A stretch of 64,000 nucleotides of DNA from Ignavibacteriaceae bacterium (GTDB lineage: Bacteria; Bacteroidota; Ignavibacteria; Ignavibacteriales; Ignavibacteriaceae), in NCBI GenBank assembly GCA_046484705.1, contig JAWOIK010000240.1:6090-70089 (forward strand). Reading direction: 5' to 3'. The notes beneath the pieces were generated by a model, which ran no database searches, was not told where the DNA came from, and saw nothing but the letters and a program-made list of their open reading frames with translations. The translations under genes and the position numbers were made by a program. This document shows, one piece after another, positions 29,481-38,797 of this stretch (its first letter is position 1; every line of letters begins with the position of its first letter).

Positions 29481-30224
29481 TTGGACGAATGGCATAAAAT
29501 GAAAAATACAATGCTTGAAATAGATGTAAGAAAATTAACCTCATGCGGTTCCGATTGGGAAACCAACATGTATGTTTTGCTGAATAAAATTAAAGAGTGG
29601 CAGATTCAACTTGCAGCCAATAATGTCTATCAGGTACTTAAAGAAGCAGAACTTGTTAAAGACAAACTTGATGATCTTTTAATTGAAAATATTGGATCGA
29701 AGAAATGGCTCGAAAAGGAAGTAAGGGGAATCCTGATTGATGACCGGATCATGGTGCAGGAAAAAGCAAAACATCTGAGTACTGAGTTGGATAGATTAAT
29801 TCATTATGTTGAATGGGCTATTGAAAGTGTTGAATATATTATCAGAGAAGCCAGAATAATTTTTGATTTCGTAAAAGATGAAATTTCAATCCGCAAGCTG
29901 AATTGTAATGACAAGTACCGGGGGAAAGGATACTTTGTGATTCACGACAATAAAAAGGAAGTCGCTAAAATTTATTTGTATGAAATGATCTTCAACTGGA
30001 CCGACGAACATCCAACAGAAAGCATCGAATTTACATTGCTGCGTTCAATACCCGAATTGCTTTTAGATTGTTCTCTTGAAGAATTAATGGAAAGGTTTAT
30101 CAATTACTCACAGAAAATGTACAAACCGGTAGTTTACATTTGTAATACCGATCTCGATTTTCCGTTTAATGAAACAATGCTTCCTGCACTTCAGGAAAAA
30201 TTAATGAAAGTAGTGACAGGATAG
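29481..30224 (+). CDS. Hypothetical cytoplasmic protein, no family recognised
   Basis: Long ORF with normal codon and amino-acid composition and no signal peptide. The start is uncertain (TTG 29481 or ATG 29499/29511). Confidence 0.5.
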   Translation: MDEWHKMKNTMLEIDVRKLTSCGSDWETNMYVLLNKIKEWQIQLAANNVYQVLKEAELVKDKLDDLLIENIGSKKWLEKEVRGILIDDRIMVQEKAKHLSTELDRLIHYVEWAIESVEYIIREARIIFDFVKDEISIRKLNCNDKYRGKGYFVIHDNKKEVAKIYLYEMIFNWTDEHPTESIEFTLLRSIPELLLDCSLEELMERFINYSQKMYKPVVYICNTDLDFPFNETMLPALQEKLMKVVTG

Positions 30225-30225
30225 A

Positions 30226-32334
30226 TCATCCTGCTTTCCTGGCAATCAAATCTCCCAGTATATTAGCTGATTCTCTCAGAAGAAAATCTATTTCATTTAT
30301 ATCATTTGAAACCGCTTCACCTTTTTCAAGAAGTTTCAATCCTTTAGCTTTACGCAGCTCGTTTTCACGTTCAAACTTTTTGTTTTCAATTTCCTGGTTT
30401 TCCTTCATCCTTTCGGATAGATTCAATGAAAAAGTTGTTCGTTTTCTGTTTTCACGGAATTCCCTGATTTCATCAATCAACTGCTGATATTCAATATTAT
30501 CCTTCATTCTTTCGTTATGATTCTTTAATAGCACCGGAAGAATATTCGAAAGATTATCATATAAACTAAATTCCGTTGGTTCTATCTTATCCCACGGTAG
30601 TGCATTTGGCTCAGAGCTTTCACCAAATTCATTCGCTTCAATAAAACTTGGAAACTCTATATCAGGAACAACACCAAGATTCTGTACACTGCCGCCATTT
30701 ATCCGATAGTATTTTGCAATAGTAAGTTTAACCTGTCCCAGTTCATTTCGTTGTCCCGAAGCCAATCTGTTTAAGTCGATCAGGTTCTGAACAGTTCCTT
30801 TTCCAAAGGTTTGTTCACCAAGAATTAAACCTCTTCCATAATCCTGAATGGCTCCGGAAAAAATTTCAGAAGCGGACGCACTGAAACGGTTTACTATAAC
30901 AGCTAAAGGACCATCATATACAATAGTCGGATCAGGATCATCACCAATATCAATTGAACCATCTGAATTTTTAACTTGTACAACCGGTCCTTCTTCAATG
31001 AATAAACCGGTTAATTCAATTGCCTCGCTTAACGATCCGCCGCCATTATTTCTGAGATCAATAATTATCCCGTCAACTTTTTCAGTCATAAGAGTATCAA
31101 GAATTTTTTTAACATCACGAGTAGTACTTTTATAATCCCGTTCACCTTTTCGCTGACCATCGAAGTCTATATAAAAAGAGGGAATAGTAATTATCCCTAT
31201 CTTTCTGGGATTACCGTTTTCTTCAATTTCAATAATTTTATGCTGAGCCGCCTGGTCCTCAATTTTTACTTTATCCCTTACCAGTGAAATTTCTTTGATA
31301 CGGACATTTACTTCAGATTTTGCAGGAATGATCTGTAATCTTACTTTTGTACCTTTCGCACCTCTTATTAATTTAACTGCTTCCGTAATCCGCCATCCTA
31401 TAATGTCAACAAATTCACCTTCATCTCCCTGTGCAACACCAATTATTTTATCATCGACGTTTAATAATTTACTTTTTGCAGCAGGTCCGCCGGGAATAAC
31501 CTCAACAACCTTTGTGTAGTCATCCTCGGTTTGAAGCCGGGCACCTATTCCTTCGAGTGAAAGACTCATATCAATTTTAAAATTATCTGATGTAACCGGT
31601 GACAGATAATTTGTATGAGGTTCGATAGATTGTGTAAATGCATTCATTGCAAGCTGAAAAACATCTTCGGAGTTGTACTGGTTTAAGAATTTGGCATAGT
31701 TACTATACCTTTTTTGCAAAGTGCCTGAAATAAACTCCCAATCTTTTTCATTAAGCTTATAGGTTATCGCATCATTTTTAATTCTTTTAATCCACCTGTC
31801 ATTTAATTCTCCAAGGTCTTCTGCCCATGAAATGCTGTCTCTGTTAAAAATAAAAACTTCGTCAGTAGAAAAATCAAATTCATTCTCAAACAGAATTTTT
31901 ATGTATTTTTCTCTTTCATTAACACGTTTTACATACAGGTTAAACACATCATAAAAGAAGGAAAGATCACCATCGAGGAGGAGGTCATCAATTTTTTCTT
32001 GAAAGATTTCAAATTGGTTGATATCTGATTTAAGAAAATAGGATTTTCCCGGATCCAGTGAATTAACATACCTGTCAAAAATTATTTTTGATAACGAGTC
32101 ATTCAAATCAAATTTTTTAAAATGATATCGCGAAAGAATTGTTGTGATAAGCTGATTTTCGAAGTTATAATGATTTTTAGGTTCAATAACTTTTGTACTA
32201 TCATATACAACATTATCATCCGGAATTATGATAGTTGATTTTGCAGTAAAAATATAGACCGAAGCCATTAGAAGTATTGTTAATAGGGAATATTTCATTG
32301 CCTGACCAATCTTTGTGTTCATTAAATAATTCAA
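30226..32334 (-). CDS. prc: Carboxy-terminal processing (tail-specific) protease, S41 family
   Basis: Approx 700 aa. It has a PDZ region and the S41 catalytic region (NRFSASASEIFSGAIQDYGRG.ILGE.TFGKGTVQ). Confidence 0.88.
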   Translation of the reverse strand: MNYLMNTKIGQAMKYSLLTILLMASVYIFTAKSTIIIPDDNVVYDSTKVIEPKNHYNFENQLITTILSRYHFKKFDLNDSLSKIIFDRYVNSLDPGKSYFLKSDINQFEIFQEKIDDLLLDGDLSFFYDVFNLYVKRVNEREKYIKILFENEFDFSTDEVFIFNRDSISWAEDLGELNDRWIKRIKNDAITYKLNEKDWEFISGTLQKRYSNYAKFLNQYNSEDVFQLAMNAFTQSIEPHTNYLSPVTSDNFKIDMSLSLEGIGARLQTEDDYTKVVEVIPGGPAAKSKLLNVDDKIIGVAQGDEGEFVDIIGWRITEAVKLIRGAKGTKVRLQIIPAKSEVNVRIKEISLVRDKVKIEDQAAQHKIIEIEENGNPRKIGIITIPSFYIDFDGQRKGERDYKSTTRDVKKILDTLMTEKVDGIIIDLRNNGGGSLSEAIELTGLFIEEGPVVQVKNSDGSIDIGDDPDPTIVYDGPLAVIVNRFSASASEIFSGAIQDYGRGLILGEQTFGKGTVQNLIDLNRLASGQRNELGQVKLTIAKYYRINGGSVQNLGVVPDIEFPSFIEANEFGESSEPNALPWDKIEPTEFSLYDNLSNILPVLLKNHNERMKDNIEYQQLIDEIREFRENRKRTTFSLNLSERMKENQEIENKKFERENELRKAKGLKLLEKGEAVSNDINEIDFLLRESANILGDLIARKAG

Positions 32335-32436
32335 ATTAGTAATTAAATAATACGCTATTTCTAATTAGAGGAAAACTCCAAATTTGATTCCGTTTACTAC
32401 AATCGGACCGCTTATAGAATGGAATTAATTGAAGTT

Positions 32437-32958
32437 TTAAAGGGTTGATGCAAATTGGAAGACTTCTTCTGCATGATCTTCAACATTAACATCACGTATA
32501 ATTTTAGCTACCATTCCGTTTTTATCAATAATAAATGTAATTCTGCTCGCAACGCCGAAATCATTCAGCACACCATAGGCTCTGCTGACTTCTTTACTTT
32601 CATCGGAAAGAAGAGGAAAGTTTAGATTGTGATCCTCAATAAACTCAGCAATTGATTCTTTAGAATCAACACTGATACCAAGTACTGTTATGTTATGCTC
32701 ACGGAATTTTGACCAGTTGTCCCTAATACCACAGGCCTGTTTAGTACAACCGGAAGTATTAGCTTTAGGATAAAAGTAAATGATAACCGGATTTCCTGAT
32801 AATCCGGAGAGAGTATAAGATTCTCCAAAAGCATCTGAAAGTGTAAAATCAGGAGCGGGATCATTTTCGTTGATATTCTGAGCATTACCACCGCAGGATG
32901 CAAAGATTAATGCAATTGTTAATACAAACAGAGTTTGAATACTCTTTTCAATTTTCAT
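32437..32958 (-). CDS. bcp: Peroxiredoxin (Bcp/PrxQ type), lipoprotein form
   Basis: The start MKIEKS..LIFASCGG gives a lipobox. The motif is FYPKANTSGCTKQAC. Using the ATG at 32958 removes the overlap with purB. Confidence 0.85.
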   Translation of the reverse strand: MKIEKSIQTLFVLTIALIFASCGGNAQNINENDPAPDFTLSDAFGESYTLSGLSGNPVIIYFYPKANTSGCTKQACGIRDNWSKFREHNITVLGISVDSKESIAEFIEDHNLNFPLLSDESKEVSRAYGVLNDFGVASRITFIIDKNGMVAKIIRDVNVEDHAEEVFQFASTL

Positions 32959-32959
32959 A

Positions 32960-34264
32960 CTAATCCTCGTTAAAAATAGTTCTGTTAAAAATATAATCAA
33001 CGTTCTTCAGCATATTTTTGTTCCTGAAAATTTCATTTAATTCAGTTTCAGTCAAATATTTATTTACGGTCTGAGATTTTAATAACTCATTCAAAAGATC
33101 TTTTGATTTATCATTCCAGACATCCATTGCACAAGTCTGGACTATTTTATATGCTTCTTCACGTGTTATTCCTTTTTTTACCAGTGCGAGTAAAACAGTT
33201 TGAGAATAAACCAATCCACGTGTTAAATTCAGATTATTTAACATGTTTTCCGGATAAATTATCAGGTTTGACATTAAATTAATTGTAAGTCCCAGCATAT
33301 AATCGAGAGTAATACAGCTATCCGGTATTATTATCCGCTCAACCGAGGAATGCGAGATATCCCGTTCATGCCATAACGCAACATTTTCCAGTGCAGCAAT
33401 CGAGTTGCTTCTTAATATTCTTGCCAGCCCTGTAATGCGTTCACTTACAACAGGATTTCTTTTATGCGGCATTGCAGAGGAACCTTTTTGACCTTTGGAA
33501 AAAAATTCTTCGGCTTCAAGCACTTCGGTTCTTTGAAGGTGTCTTATCTCAACAGCTATTTTTTCCAATGATGCACCAATTATTGCAAGAACACTCAAAT
33601 ACTCAGCATGCCTGTCCCTTTGAATTACCTGGGTTGAAACTGGAGCTGGTTTTAATCCCATTTTTTTGCAAACAAATTCTTCAACCTGCGGACTAAGATG
33701 CTCGAATGTTCCAACAGCGCCGGAGATTTGACCTACAGAAATAGAATCAATTGCATTCTCAAGTCTTTTAATATTACGTTTGGACTCTTCAAACCACAAG
33801 GCAAACTTCAGTCCCATTGTTGTAGGTTCAGCATGTATTCCATGTGAACGACCGATACAAATTGTATTTTTATGTTCTATAGCATTCTTCTTTAAAACTT
33901 CTCTAAGGTTTTTTAGTTTTCTTAACAAAATAGTGCCGGCAGAATTCATCTGGCAGGAAAGGGTAGTATCCAGAATATCAGATGATGTCATTCCATAGTG
34001 AATATGACGTGATTCCGGGCCAACATATTCTGCAACATTTGTTAAGAAAGCGATTACATCATGTTTTGTAGTTTCTTCAATTTCAAGAATTTTATTTATG
34101 TCAAATTTTGCTTTAGACTTTATTACTTCGAATTCATCTTCAGGAATATCGCCCATTTCCATTCGGGCTTCACAGGCAAGTATTTCTATTTTTAACCAGG
34201 TATTAAATTTAAATTCATCTTCCCAGATTTTTCCCATTTCAGGTAAAGTGTAACGCGGAATCAT
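32960..34264 (-). CDS. purB: Adenylosuccinate lyase
   Basis: MIPRYT..M..IW, GMTSSDILDT, and the lyase signature SSAMPHKRNP. Confidence 0.95.
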   Translation of the reverse strand: MIPRYTLPEMGKIWEDEFKFNTWLKIEILACEARMEMGDIPEDEFEVIKSKAKFDINKILEIEETTKHDVIAFLTNVAEYVGPESRHIHYGMTSSDILDTTLSCQMNSAGTILLRKLKNLREVLKKNAIEHKNTICIGRSHGIHAEPTTMGLKFALWFEESKRNIKRLENAIDSISVGQISGAVGTFEHLSPQVEEFVCKKMGLKPAPVSTQVIQRDRHAEYLSVLAIIGASLEKIAVEIRHLQRTEVLEAEEFFSKGQKGSSAMPHKRNPVVSERITGLARILRSNSIAALENVALWHERDISHSSVERIIIPDSCITLDYMLGLTINLMSNLIIYPENMLNNLNLTRGLVYSQTVLLALVKKGITREEAYKIVQTCAMDVWNDKSKDLLNELLKSQTVNKYLTETELNEIFRNKNMLKNVDYIFNRTIFNED

Positions 34265-35448
34265 TAATTTTTCTCCAGTTTCATTTTTTTAATTAACTCT
34301 TTATCATCCCTTAAAATTTTTAGAGTGATGGATTGACCCGACCGAAATTCCTGGAACACGCCAAACAAAGTGTTCTCATTGTTTATTTTGAAGTTCTCAA
34401 CTTCTGTAATCAGGTCGCCGACACGGATATCGGATTTAGCTGCCGGTGTACCAGGCGAAACTCTTGTAACAATAACCCCTTTAGAGCTTGATAGATTGTA
34501 GTATCGGGCAATTCCTTCATCTATTGTCTGTATACGCATACCAATCTGAAAGTCTCTGTCAATCATTCCTTTTTCTTTTAACTCAGTGATGATTCTCCGC
34601 ACTTTATTTATAGGAATTGCAAACCCTAATCCTATATTACCCTGAGCACCGCCGGCCGTGTAAATAAGGGTGTTCATACCAACTATTTCACCAATACTGT
34701 TTACCAGCGGACCCCCGCTATTGCCACCGTTGATAGCTGCATCTGTCTGAATCATATTCAAATAATAACGGTTATTAATTGGTTCCAGATTCATTCCTAA
34801 TGAACTTATAACTCCTACAGTAACAGTTGGTTTATCATTAAGCTCAAAAAGACCGAATGGATTACCAAGTGCAATTACCCATTCCCCAATAATTATTTCA
34901 TCTGAATTTCCGAAATCAATGTACGGAAAATTATTACCATCAATTTTTATAAGACAGATATCTGATGTTGGATCAGTGCCAATAATCTTTGCCTGATGAT
35001 GTGAACCATCCGTTAATGTAACGGTGATTTCTGAAGCATTACCCGCTACATGATCGTTTGTTACAATATAACCGTCCGGAGAAATCAGATAACCGGAACC
35101 TAATCCCTGTACTCTTCTGTTATTTGATCTTCTGTCGCCAAAAAACTGCCTGAAAAATGGATCATCAAAAAAATAACTAAATGGATCACGTACCTGTCTT
35201 ATTTCAATTACATTTATACCTACGACCGCGGGGCTTACGACTTCAACCGTTTTTGTAATTATATTTTTCCGGGTATTTGAAATTTCATCATTTAAACTAT
35301 TCTTATACGCTGTAAGCATTACCTGCTCGCGGCTAAGATTATTTTCATATAATATGTCACTTCCGGTGTTTTTAAGTGAGATGTACCCTGCAATTACCAG
35401 GAGTGTGAAGAGCACAACAGTAATAAAATAAATTTTACGACTTATCAT
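34264..35448 (-). CDS. S1C (HtrA/DegP-like) serine protease with one PDZ domain
   Basis: N-terminal anchor present. Catalytic triad context TNDHV, D..LIK and GNSGGPL. The C-terminal PDZ region has GDLITEV. The TAATG junction overlaps the purB start by 1 nt. Confidence 0.88.
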   Translation of the reverse strand: MISRKIYFITVVLFTLLVIAGYISLKNTGSDILYENNLSREQVMLTAYKNSLNDEISNTRKNIITKTVEVVSPAVVGINVIEIRQVRDPFSYFFDDPFFRQFFGDRRSNNRRVQGLGSGYLISPDGYIVTNDHVAGNASEITVTLTDGSHHQAKIIGTDPTSDICLIKIDGNNFPYIDFGNSDEIIIGEWVIALGNPFGLFELNDKPTVTVGVISSLGMNLEPINNRYYLNMIQTDAAINGGNSGGPLVNSIGEIVGMNTLIYTAGGAQGNIGLGFAIPINKVRRIITELKEKGMIDRDFQIGMRIQTIDEGIARYYNLSSSKGVIVTRVSPGTPAAKSDIRVGDLITEVENFKINNENTLFGVFQEFRSGQSITLKILRDDKELIKKMKLEKN

Positions 35449-36073
35449 TTTTTACACCTGATTTTTTTATTCTCGAAATAATTTCTTTTAATGGTTCCAT
35501 ATGTCTGATAAATATTATGAGCAATCCGCATATAGTAAAGAAAATAATATCATTTTCACTTTCTGGCCGGGGATTGGCATACTTCATTGCAATATCACTT
35601 GTATTAAAAACCAGAAAAATGGAAAAAATTGTTGCTGAAATATTCCCAATTAAAATATCCTTTTTGAGCAGATAAAATATTACCCAGAGTACAACCCAAA
35701 CAACTAACAAAAACGGGAAAAGAATCAGTGTACCGCCTGCTGCTGTAGCCAGTCCTCTGCCGCCTCTGAATCCGATCCATGGATTATAGCAGTGACTGAA
35801 TACGGCGAAGAGTAATGAGATTGCGGGAAGTATAAAACTATCTGAATATATTAAACCAATCACTAATACGCTTAAAACCCCTTTAAGCGCGTCAATGATT
35901 AATACTATAACGCCGATTGATTTGGAATTAGTTACTTCGTAAGAATTCATTGCACCAACATTGCCGGATCCTGACCTGGTTATATCTAATCCTTTTCTGG
36001 ATTTAAGTAATAAATATGCTGTTGGAATAGAACCCAACAGATAACCGATTATTGAGCTTATCAGATAATGCAT
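35435..36073 (-). CDS. plsY: Glycerol-3-phosphate acyltransferase
   Basis: GYLLGSIPTAYLL, GSGNVGA.N and F.GG.G.AT motifs; polytopic, approx 210 aa. Confidence 0.92.
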   Translation of the reverse strand: MHYLISSIIGYLLGSIPTAYLLLKSRKGLDITRSGSGNVGAMNSYEVTNSKSIGVIVLIIDALKGVLSVLVIGLIYSDSFILPAISLLFAVFSHCYNPWIGFRGGRGLATAAGGTLILFPFLLVVWVVLWVIFYLLKKDILIGNISATIFSIFLVFNTSDIAMKYANPRPESENDIIFFTICGLLIIFIRHMEPLKEIISRIKKSGVKNDKS

Positions 36074-36251
36074 AGGTTTGAGTAAAATTTAATTTGATAT
36101 AATAATTTACAAAAAATGTAAAAGACTTAGTCAAGATATAAAATTAAGTTGAATGCTTTTTCAATCAGAACAATTATGTCCTGAGTTTATTAAATGAGGT
36201 GCTGTATTTAAATATAATGGATAGTTTCTTATGTAGAATTATAATATAATA

Positions 36252-36274
36252 AAAGCCTCTGTGAAGAGGCTTTA
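36252..36274 (-). terminator. Rho-independent terminator after tRNA-Cys
   Basis: On the minus strand, GCCTCT-TCAC-AGAGGC is followed by TTTTATTATATTAT. Confidence 0.7.
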
Positions 36275-36277
36275 ATG

Positions 36278-36351
36278 AGGCGCCGGTCGGATTCGAACCG
36301 ACGAATAAAGGTTTTGCAGACCTTCGCCTTAGACCGCTTGGCTACAGCGCC
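36278..36351 (-). tRNA. tRNA-Cys (GCA)
   Basis: Hand-folded cloverleaf: acceptor GGCGCTG/CGGCGCC, anticodon arm AAGGT-CTGCAAA-ACCTT, T arm GTCGG-TTCGAAT-CCGAC, discriminator T; 74 nt. Confidence 0.9.
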
Positions 36352-36356
36352 AAAAA

Positions 36357-36382
36357 ATAAAATCCACTTGCGTGGATTTTTT
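36357..36382 (-). terminator. Hairpin between tRNA-Gly and tRNA-Cys (terminator or processing hairpin)
   Basis: AAATCCAC-GCAA-GTGGATTT is flanked by A/T runs on both strands. It abuts the 5' end of tRNA-Cys, so read-through or processing is likely. Confidence 0.5.
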
Positions 36383-36383
36383 G

Positions 36384-36456
<73 letters not shown>

Positions 36457-36498
36457 AAAGTACGATCAAAATTTCCAGAGCTAATTATTTTTATTATC

Positions 36499-36563
36499 GG
36501 AACAAGCAACATCAACCTTGGTCCCGACCTGTCGGGACGCTCTACCAACTGAGCTATTCCCGC
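36499..36563 (-). pseudogene. tRNA-Gly-derived unit 2: 5' acceptor strand and D arm intact, anticodon 5' half replaced by a hairpin, truncated in the T loop
   Basis: The minus strand reads GCGGGAATAGCTCAGTTGGTAGAGC-GTCCCGACAGGTCGGGAC-CAAGGTTGATGTTGCTTGTTC. There is no 3' acceptor strand, so it cannot form a cloverleaf. Confidence 0.75.
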
Positions 36564-36605
36564 AAAGTACAATCAAAATTTCCAGAACTTATTATTTTTA
36601 TTATC

Positions 36606-36683
36606 GGAACCCGCGACATCAACCTTGGTCCCGACTAGTCGGGACGCTCTACCTCCGTCAATTGACGGATGAGCTATTCCCGC
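36606..36683 (-). pseudogene. tRNA-Gly-derived unit 3: same hairpin replacement as unit 2, plus a 16-nt palindrome inserted in the D loop
   Basis: The minus strand reads GCGGGAATAGCTCA-TCCGTCAATTGACGGA-GGTAGAGC-GTCCCGACTAGTCGGGAC-CAAGGTTGATGTCGCGGGTTC. It is truncated in the T loop. Confidence 0.75.
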
Positions 36684-36796
36684 GCAGTGTATTCAAAGTT
36701 AAGTCCATTTTATAGCATCAATGCTGAAAAAAGAACTTATAAAAACGGTTTCAAATATAATGTGATGATGACAATCATGCAACAAACTTATAAGCA

Positions 36797-37420
36797 ATAA
36801 AAAAGCCGTCAATTGTTTGACGGCTTTGAAGAAATTATGAAATAATATTATTTCATCAGCATCATTTTGCGGGCTTGTGTATATGAAGCTGTTTCAAGCT
36901 TATAGATATACATTCCGCTCGGTAGATTTGATGCATCAAAGTTTACATTGTAGAAACCTGGCTGCATAAATTCATTTCTTAATACCTGAACTTCTTCGCC
37001 TAATAAATTATACACAGCAAGTCTGACCATAGTCGGTTCAGCAATGTTGAAATCTATCCTGGTTGAAGGGTTAAATGGATTCGGATAGTTTTGAACCAAG
37101 TTGTATCCAAGAGGTCCTTTTACATCAACCATTACTTCATTTGAATATTCAAATGTACCATTGAAATCGATTTGTTTCAGTCTGTAGTAATATGTACCGG
37201 TTGTAACAGAGTTATCGATGTATGAATATTCCTGAGCTTCAGATGTTGTGCCTTTACCATCAACATAACCAATACGGTAGAAGTCGCTTCCTTCAACTCT
37301 TCTTTCAACTTCAAACATCTGGTTATTTACTTCGGTTGCTGTTGTCCAGTTAAGTACAACATTTCCAGCGGCGTTTACATTGGCTCCAAAAGAAGTTAAT
37401 TCAACAGGAGTTATTGTCTG
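36797..37420. repeat. Near-identical 3' block shared with 38997..39620 (offset exactly 2200 bp)
   Basis: Direct base-by-base comparison gives only about 10 mismatches across 36797..37200. Identity decays further upstream in the genes. Confidence 0.9.
36798..36824 (-). terminator. Rho-independent terminator of gene 36848..38797
   Basis: On the minus strand, GCCGTCAA-ACAA-TTGACGGC is followed by TTTTTTATT. Confidence 0.8.
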
Positions 37421-38797
37421 AGGTCCGATAAAGTAATTATCAAAATACATCTCATCATTTGCTGTTGCACCGAAAAAGTCAGTTGCATCAATAACTAGCG
37501 GACCAAGGCCTGTACTGGTGCCATTAGTCCAAGCCCAGGAATGAACTAATGTTCCGCCAACACTGCCACCAATCCAGAATTCTGTCTGATCAAGATCAAG
37601 GTCTATAACAACTTCAACCCATTGCCAGGTATTTGGAGTCCAATTGAAAATAGTAGTTCCATCACCAGTCAGAAGTCTTCCACCGCCACCAACATCAAAA
37701 TAGCATTCAAATGCCCAGTAACCACCTGTATTGAATGTGAAATCTGATAACATATTCCAGTATCCTGCTTTACCGGTTGGTATATACATAAGGAATCCTG
37801 TATACCATTTACCGGATGTCAGGTCACCGTGAAGCCTAACTAGATCGTCATTTGGTAAGATAACAACTGAATTTGGATTGCTGGCAGAAAAAGCATTTGA
37901 AACTAATGCATCAGCTGCCCCGCCTGGATTATTATCCCAGGTTGTCCATTCAGTAGGATTCTGTTGAGCAAGTAATTGTCCTGCTACATAAGAATCAAAA
38001 TTATCGAAGAATGAATATCCGCCACCGCCAGCACTTCCATAAACAATAAAGGGAGCACCATTTTGTGAAGTAGTTCCGTTTAATGCCTGTACCCATCCTG
38101 TAGGTGTGGCTTGCAAAGCATCACCTGTCACAGCAACACCAGCAATTGTAACGGGAGGTTGCCAGGGACCAGACGCTGCAGAACCTGTGATTCCCCATTG
38201 CACCCAATACTGACCCGCCGGTAATACAGTATTTATTGTAGCGCTAATTTCCTGTACTCTTCTGTCACAGTTCGTTGGTGTGGTTGATTGAGCCCTGTAA
38301 ATGTTTGTTAATGCTGTTGACTGTAACCTATTAGTAATTAGATCACCCCACACAATAGTTCCACCTGCGTTGGGAGCACCATTCCAAATTTGAACATATA
38401 CACCGGTAAGTGTAGATGAAACAGCACCGGTCTGGTATGCAAAGAATTTCATAGAATCTATTGTCCACTCTTCAGTACTGGTAAAGTCATCAGCAATATA
38501 ATAATTAGTTCCGGGTGCAGCTGCTGAGTTAACATTCCATCCATATAACGTGTGTCCGCCTATAGTGCCATCTAAAATGCTTGCATCACCGCCCGAACAG
38601 CCACCACCAGGTAAAGTTATAATTGGACCATTATCAAAAAGAACTGCGGCATCATATTCGAAAGGAGTAGTTACCTGGTCCAGTGTTACAGCCACTCCGG
38701 AAGGATCGGCAACATCCTGAGCTTCCTGAGCAAAAGTAAATCCGCCCAGACAAACGAATAAACCAAGAATAAAGATTGTGTAAAAAGATTTGTTCAT
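36848..38797 (-). CDS. Secreted T9SS cargo protein, paralogue A (lectin/jelly-roll-like central region, pre-sorting beta-sandwich, T9SS sorting domain)
   Basis: Signal peptide and an AGGAGG RBS. The central region has FDNFDSYVAGQLLAQQN..WTTWDNNPGG..ALVSNA..YIPTGKAGYWN. The C-terminus reads VELTSF..NWTTATEVNN..FEVERR.. then NLVQNYPNPFNPSTRI..MMLMK. Confidence 0.8.
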   Translation of the reverse strand: MNKSFYTIFILGLFVCLGGFTFAQEAQDVADPSGVAVTLDQVTTPFEYDAAVLFDNGPIITLPGGGCSGGDASILDGTIGGHTLYGWNVNSAAAPGTNYYIADDFTSTEEWTIDSMKFFAYQTGAVSSTLTGVYVQIWNGAPNAGGTIVWGDLITNRLQSTALTNIYRAQSTTPTNCDRRVQEISATINTVLPAGQYWVQWGITGSAASGPWQPPVTIAGVAVTGDALQATPTGWVQALNGTTSQNGAPFIVYGSAGGGGYSFFDNFDSYVAGQLLAQQNPTEWTTWDNNPGGAADALVSNAFSASNPNSVVILPNDDLVRLHGDLTSGKWYTGFLMYIPTGKAGYWNMLSDFTFNTGGYWAFECYFDVGGGGRLLTGDGTTIFNWTPNTWQWVEVVIDLDLDQTEFWIGGSVGGTLVHSWAWTNGTSTGLGPLVIDATDFFGATANDEMYFDNYFIGPQTITPVELTSFGANVNAAGNVVLNWTTATEVNNQMFEVERRVEGSDFYRIGYVDGKGTTSEAQEYSYIDNSVTTGTYYYRLKQIDFNGTFEYSNEVMVDVKGPLGYNLVQNYPNPFNPSTRIDFNIAEPTMVRLAVYNLLGEEVQVLRNEFMQPGFYNVNFDASNLPSGMYIYKLETASYTQARKMMLMK

